From Blastocystis sp. subtype 4 (taxonomy: Eukaryota): a stretch of DNA of 42,151 nt. Where the stretch lies: the NCBI RefSeq assembly GCF_000743755.1, contig NW_014569483.1:1-42151 (forward strand). Direction: 5' to 3'. The notes under the pieces were generated by a model, which saw nothing but the letters and a program-made list of their open reading frames with translations, ran no database searches and was not told where the DNA came from. Of this stretch, positions 37,677 to 42,151 are shown in pieces. The first letter of the stretch is position 1. Each line of letters begins with the position of its first letter. A program made the translations under genes and the position numbers.

Positions 37677-38637
37677 ATGTTCCGAACAGTTCGTTTGGCT
37701 AAAGATCTTTGGCGTCACTCATTTGTTCATCGGTCGTTTTCTCTTATCCTATCTACCGTTACCGAGCGTACAAACTTATCGATGAGCCGAACAAAACGAG
37801 ATACCCCTTCTTCTTCGAAGGTGGAAACAAATGAAGAGGAGCTTAAGTATGGGTTGGAGCTGATGAGGTGAGGTTTGTAGAAAGGAGGTAAAAGAGAAGA
37901 AGACAAAGACTACTCCCATTCCTAAGAACTTTGAAAAGGAATATGAAGTTGTGGAATTCGGATGGAATAATTTGTAGTTAATCCAAGAGATGCGAAAGGC
38001 GCGGGACGCTCCAGTCGATTCAAATGGTTCGGAATGCTGTCCCGATCCAAAGGCAGAACCGAAGCTCTATCGCTATCAGACATTGATAGGTTTGATGCTT
38101 TCGTCGCAAACAAAGGATGAAGTGACTATGGCAGCCGTATTGCGTCTTCGAAAGTATGGTTTGACGCCTGAACATATCCGTGAAACTTCAGAGGAGAAAC
38201 TCCAATCACTAATCAAACCTGTCGGATTCTATCGGCGTAAAGCTAAATATATTAAGGATACTACGGAGATTGTGATTAATCAGTACGATGGTGACATTCC
38301 TGCAACTATTGAAGAGTTAGTCAAATTCCCGGGTGTTGGTCCAAAAATGGGCTATTTAGTACTGAAGGTGGCTTGGAATAAGGTTGACGGAATCGCTGTG
38401 GATGTTCATGTGCATCGTATTGCGAATCGCTTACAGTGGGCGAAGGCAGAGACACCTGAGAAAACACGGGAACAACTTGAAGCATGGATGCCAAAGAAAT
38501 ATTGGTTTGATGTGAATTTGTTGCTTGTGGGGTTTGGACAGCAGATTTGTAAGAGCAAACCTAAGTGTGACCAGTGTAAATTGACAAAGATGTGTCCGTA
38601 TTTTGCAGAAAACAATACAGATATTGAAGATTTGTGA
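37677..38637 (+). CDS. NTH1: Endonuclease III-like DNA glycosylase/AP lyase
   Basis: LMLSSQTKD, VGFYRRKA, HhH FPGVGPKM, GIAVDVHVHRI, LVGFGQQIC and a C-terminal FeS cysteine cluster. Confidence 0.95.
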
Positions 38638-38659
38638 TGTGTTTGTGAATAAACAAGGG

Positions 38660-39136
38660 AAGATAACAGTAGAGAGGAAACTTTGTGAGAAGCAGACAGA
38701 ACCGTTGGATATCTAAATAACAGAACGATAGGAATGAATACGTTCCCAAACAAGAAATGCGACAGGGTTCCCCATTCCACTGACAACACAAAGCCAATGC
38801 ACCTACAAAAACGTCGCATGTACTACAAATGAAAAACAGAATGCTCCAATACTCAAGTTGGACTTGAAGAATGAGATAGGTATCTTTGAATGCAACAATA
38901 GAAAATTGGTGTTTGGCAGATCCAATTCCACCAAATACATAGTTCAGTGATGAAGACTATCAATAACACTAAACATACATGGAAACAAGAATTTGGTAGA
39001 TTAGTGGTCCTGTAGATATGTCACTAGGTCGAAAACCTTCACTAGGAATAATGGAATACAAGAGATTCCTACAACTGTAGAACGAGATAAACATGATCTG
39101 GTATGAAGGTTGCTTGAAGGGTTGTCGTTTGTCCAT
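38660..39136 (-). CDS. Small uncharacterised protein of about 130 aa with 4 exons; stop probably completed by poly(A)
   Basis: Three 29-30-nt GT-AG introns join one frame: MDKRQPF...YQIL|SSSLNYVFGGIG...VQLD|TCDVFVGALALCC...LGT|YPTVLSASHKVSSLLLS + T at 38660, 4 nt before TGTTTATT. Confidence 0.55.
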
Positions 39137-39249
39137 TGGACATTTGGAGTTGCGGCAGTTGCGGTTCCCATTCGGTCTTCGGATCCCCAGACAGTTTCGC
39201 CCCAATTGCGCCGCAACAACCGAACGAACAATCTTCATCAATATCGAGG

Positions 39250-41488
39250 ATGGCGGATATTAATGTAGTGAGTCACTATGCAAATCCTTCGTTTAATGCA
39301 GAGAAGGAGGCACTCGATTATTTTTCAAGGGAGACAGTAGATTTGTACCGAGGATACAGTCATCAATTGGAACAATTGAAAGTGTGAAATGAATGGGATG
39401 TAGTTATATTTATAGTATGAAACGGAGACTTCGTTAAAGGAAAGCGTTTTTGACCATTACAATGAGTTCATCGGATTTTCGAAGGAAATTCAGAAGATGG
39501 ACGACTCTATGGAGCAGTTAAGAAGAAATCTGAACCAAACATACACGGTGCTGGATAGTTTGAAAGTAGAAATAGTTTGAATGGACCAATATTTAGGATG
39601 CTTCGTTGACAGTAGATGATTCTCTGATCCATCGGGATCATTCAAATGCCTACGTTATTCCCGAAAATCTTGCTTGGATAAAGACAGTGTGCGATGATAT
39701 CGATTTGTTTATTTTCCAAGTAATTCGTATATGCATGTTCTTACATACAGAGACGCTTTTCAGAAGCAGTTGAATTGTGTATTCGAGCTCAAAACGACTT
39801 AGCAAGTGCAGATATTGCTTCAAATCCTCTTCTTCTCGATTTGTCAACAAATGTACCTCTATTCTCCATTTATCATCCTTAGCTCACTAATAAATCTGAA
39901 ACACTGATTTCCAAATTAGTCGATGAACTATTCGCACCAGATGTGAATCGAGCAGATCGGCGTCGACTGTGTCGATTACTAGCAGGTCTTGGTTATGAGG
40001 AACAAGCACGTTTACTCTATTTGGAGCGTACCAGTGATGAGATTGCCAATCATCATCGCTTTGTCAAACCGTGCGGAGACATTCCATCACTTATTTCAGG
40101 GCTTTCTGAACAATTCTTTGAATGTGTTCAAGACGCCGCTGTAAATTTCGATCTGTTGTTTTGTAAGAATGATCCAAGTCTGTTTGCTCTGTTCCTTGCT
40201 TGGGCGTCTAAGGAGATCAATCAGTTTGTAACACAAGCAAGTGCTTATGTGAGTATAACTGAATTGATTGAGACATAGGCGCATGGTGAAGAAGCAGGAA
40301 TGGATCTGAATTCATTTGAATGTCTGGCAGGTTGTGTGGTTCCTTTGATACGAGGTTCATCTCTCCTGTGTGATGTTGGTTGTGATCTTGAATGCTATGT
40401 GATACGAGTTATAGGAGAGACCATGCAGCAATCTGTGATTGATGTAATGAGTCATATTGTTGTAAACATTCCAATCATTGTTTCTCCATAGATGTCGTTG
40501 CGCCAACTTCCACCTCCAATTGCTGACAAACAGTCGATCACATATCGATCAGACCTTGGTATTGAGAAACGTACTGTGTCAAATCACTGTGCCTCAGTCT
40601 ATAATTTGCTCGGACCACTGATCACATCAGTCTCACCATTACTAACTTCTTCACTTGTTGGTTACTTGATAGGAGGTTTGGAACAAGGTCTTACAGCCAT
40701 CACAGCCATTGAAGGACGTATTTATCGAGATTGGGTTCAACAGTCTGATCACAAGGTGTGTGTTCTCTCTTCACTCTTATTCTCAGATCAGCATCATTCT
40801 CTCGGATCTCTATTTCTTCTCACTCGATCTGCTTCCTCTTCTTCACAACAAATTCTGTCTTCGGTTGCCTGAGGTCACTCGTTCCATTGCTCGTATTCTG
40901 GAACAATTCAAATCTCTCATGACATCCTGCACTATTCTGCTCTTACAGGAAATCTGTACTGATGCTCTCAAGGTTATGCAATTTAGGCCTTCTTTTTACA
41001 TATCCATTTATTCCCTATTTTTGCATTCCTTTATTCCACGCTACTATGACCGAAAATGTGATATCCCCTCAGATTGGTACAATAACCGCGGTGAAGCGTC
41101 TTTTGTATGTATTACGTCAATGTGAGAAGATCATGTCTCCAATATCATTCAATATGATGAAAAAAGCCTTGTTTTCGGTATTCCAGAAATCATGGATATT
41201 ATGATTAGTCGTTCTATGCACTATTGTTGAAGAATCAGGAATGGTCAACTATCAAAGTGAATGAAGTGAGTGTGATGAATTGGATTGAGAGAGTAGTTCT
41301 CTGAGGCAGGGCTATACGCTCTGGTGTTAGATTTGCGATTTATTCAGGAATTTGCTCCTTCAAGTGTCCGTGAGGCGTGTGATCGTGTTATTACGAAAGG
41401 AAAGGAGCTGACTGAAGGAGTTGAGATTCCGAATGAGAAGTGGATTCTGAAGAATATGAGTGAAGGATTGAAACAGTGTCGTAATTGA
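39250..41488 (+). CDS. EXO84: Exocyst subunit Exo84/EXOC8-like protein
   Basis: PSFNAE, SVFDHYNEFIGFSKEI, WIKTVCDDIDLFIFQRRFSEAV and GLYALVLDLRF. Confidence 0.75.
41000..41039 (+). other. Putative U12-type intron, AT-AC, 40 nt
   Basis: ATATCCAT...TTCCTTTATTCCAC. Removing it links ORF 40709-41125 to ORF 40962-41204 (RPSFY|ATMTENV). Confidence 0.78.
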
Positions 41489-41610
41489 TGTGTTTGTTGA
41501 TAATATCATTGTGATTAAAGGAAGAGGATGTAGTGTTGATTGTTATGACATCAGCAGGAATGTGAGGATAAGAATGTGTTGTTGAAAAGGGTTAGTGAAA
41601 GAAAGAAAAC

Positions 41611-41729
41611 AAGAACGGTCATATCTAGTGGAAAGCGCCCTAACCCGTCTGATCTAGGAAGCTAAGTCATTACGAGTTGAGTTAGTACCAGTGTGGGGGA
41701 CCCGCTGAGAAGTCTCAATGCTGTTCTTT
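41611..41729 (+). rRNA. 5S rRNA gene (single copy in the window)
   Basis: About 119 nt. The 5' AAGAACGGT pairs with the 3' GCTGTTCTT. It has GATCT..GAAGCTAAG (box A), GTTAGTACC, TGGGGGACC (box C) and a terminal T-run. Confidence 0.92.
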
Positions 41730-41776
41730 TCTCTTTCATTTGAATCAGTATCAGATCTATATTCATGTTAAACTAA

Positions 41777-42151
41777 ATGGTAACGAAAAATGGAGAGAAT
41801 TCATATGACTGGATTGAACACCAATTACTGGATATGGAACAAAGGGTTATTAAAGTAGCATTGTCATTTTAAATGTTCGAAAGAGTAATAGAGAGAAAGC
41901 AAGTGGAAAGATAGGTGGTAGATGGATGAAGAAGTGTGGTGGATCTGATGTGAACAAATTGTATCATTTGAGTGAATTATCAGATGATAAGCTAGATGAA
42001 TTGGAAAGTGTGATGAACAGCATCATTGTATTTGAACAAACGAAGGTATTACACATAAGAACTTCGGCTTCGAATAAACGATTCAAGAGCAACAGCATCT
42101 ACATCTTATCTCCAAATGTTAATCAGACTCGTTGCATTCAATTCATAAACA
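41777..42151 (+). CDS. Hypothetical protein, 5' part only
   Basis: MVTKNGENSYDWIEHQLLDMEQRVIK, then a 29-nt GT-AG intron, then a frame open to the window end. No recognisable motif. Confidence 0.45.

Noticed and set aside
1..42151. CRISPR arrays, transposons, tRNAs, prokaryotic operons or a reassigned genetic code
   Set aside because: None seen. In-frame stops are explained by introns, and TAA, TAG and TGA all serve as terminal stops.

Overview
A gene-dense, AT-rich eukaryotic window, almost certainly from Blastocystis. The evidence is very frequent ~30-nt GT-AG introns, tiny intergenic spacers and a TGTTTGTT-like element at almost every gene 3' end. Manual splicing gives about 27 complete protein genes, two partial genes at the edges and one solitary 5S rRNA gene. 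The genes, in order, are RPS6 (partial), a PPR-like protein, HBS1, PRMT5, a SNF1/CIPK-like kinase, a HRD1-like RING ligase, TGS1, SDS22, a telobox Myb protein, a cis-prenyltransferase, AMMECR1, a TBC1D20-like GAP, a CH-domain protein, ZW10, ATE1, IST1, a 2Fe-2S ferredoxin, a Mei2-like protein, a small Tim, bystin, a PP4/PP6-like phosphatase, an MBL hydrolase, a Patched/NPC1-like protein, SmD3, an RRM protein, NTH1, an unannotated small protein and EXO84. The most notable signals concern RNA processing. (1) Seven genes lack a genomic stop at the predicted end and have an in-frame T exactly 4 nt before the GU element, so poly(A) would complete UAA. One of them is the nonstop-decay GTPase HBS1, which also carries a SKI7-type PSPDDIV motif. 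(2) Three 40-41 nt U12-type introns start ATATCC and end AG, AA and AC respectively, and one lies in a bacterial-type prenyltransferase. (3) At five convergent gene junctions the two GU elements abut as a 15-16 bp quasi-palindrome. All exon structures were inferred by eye, and no searches were run.
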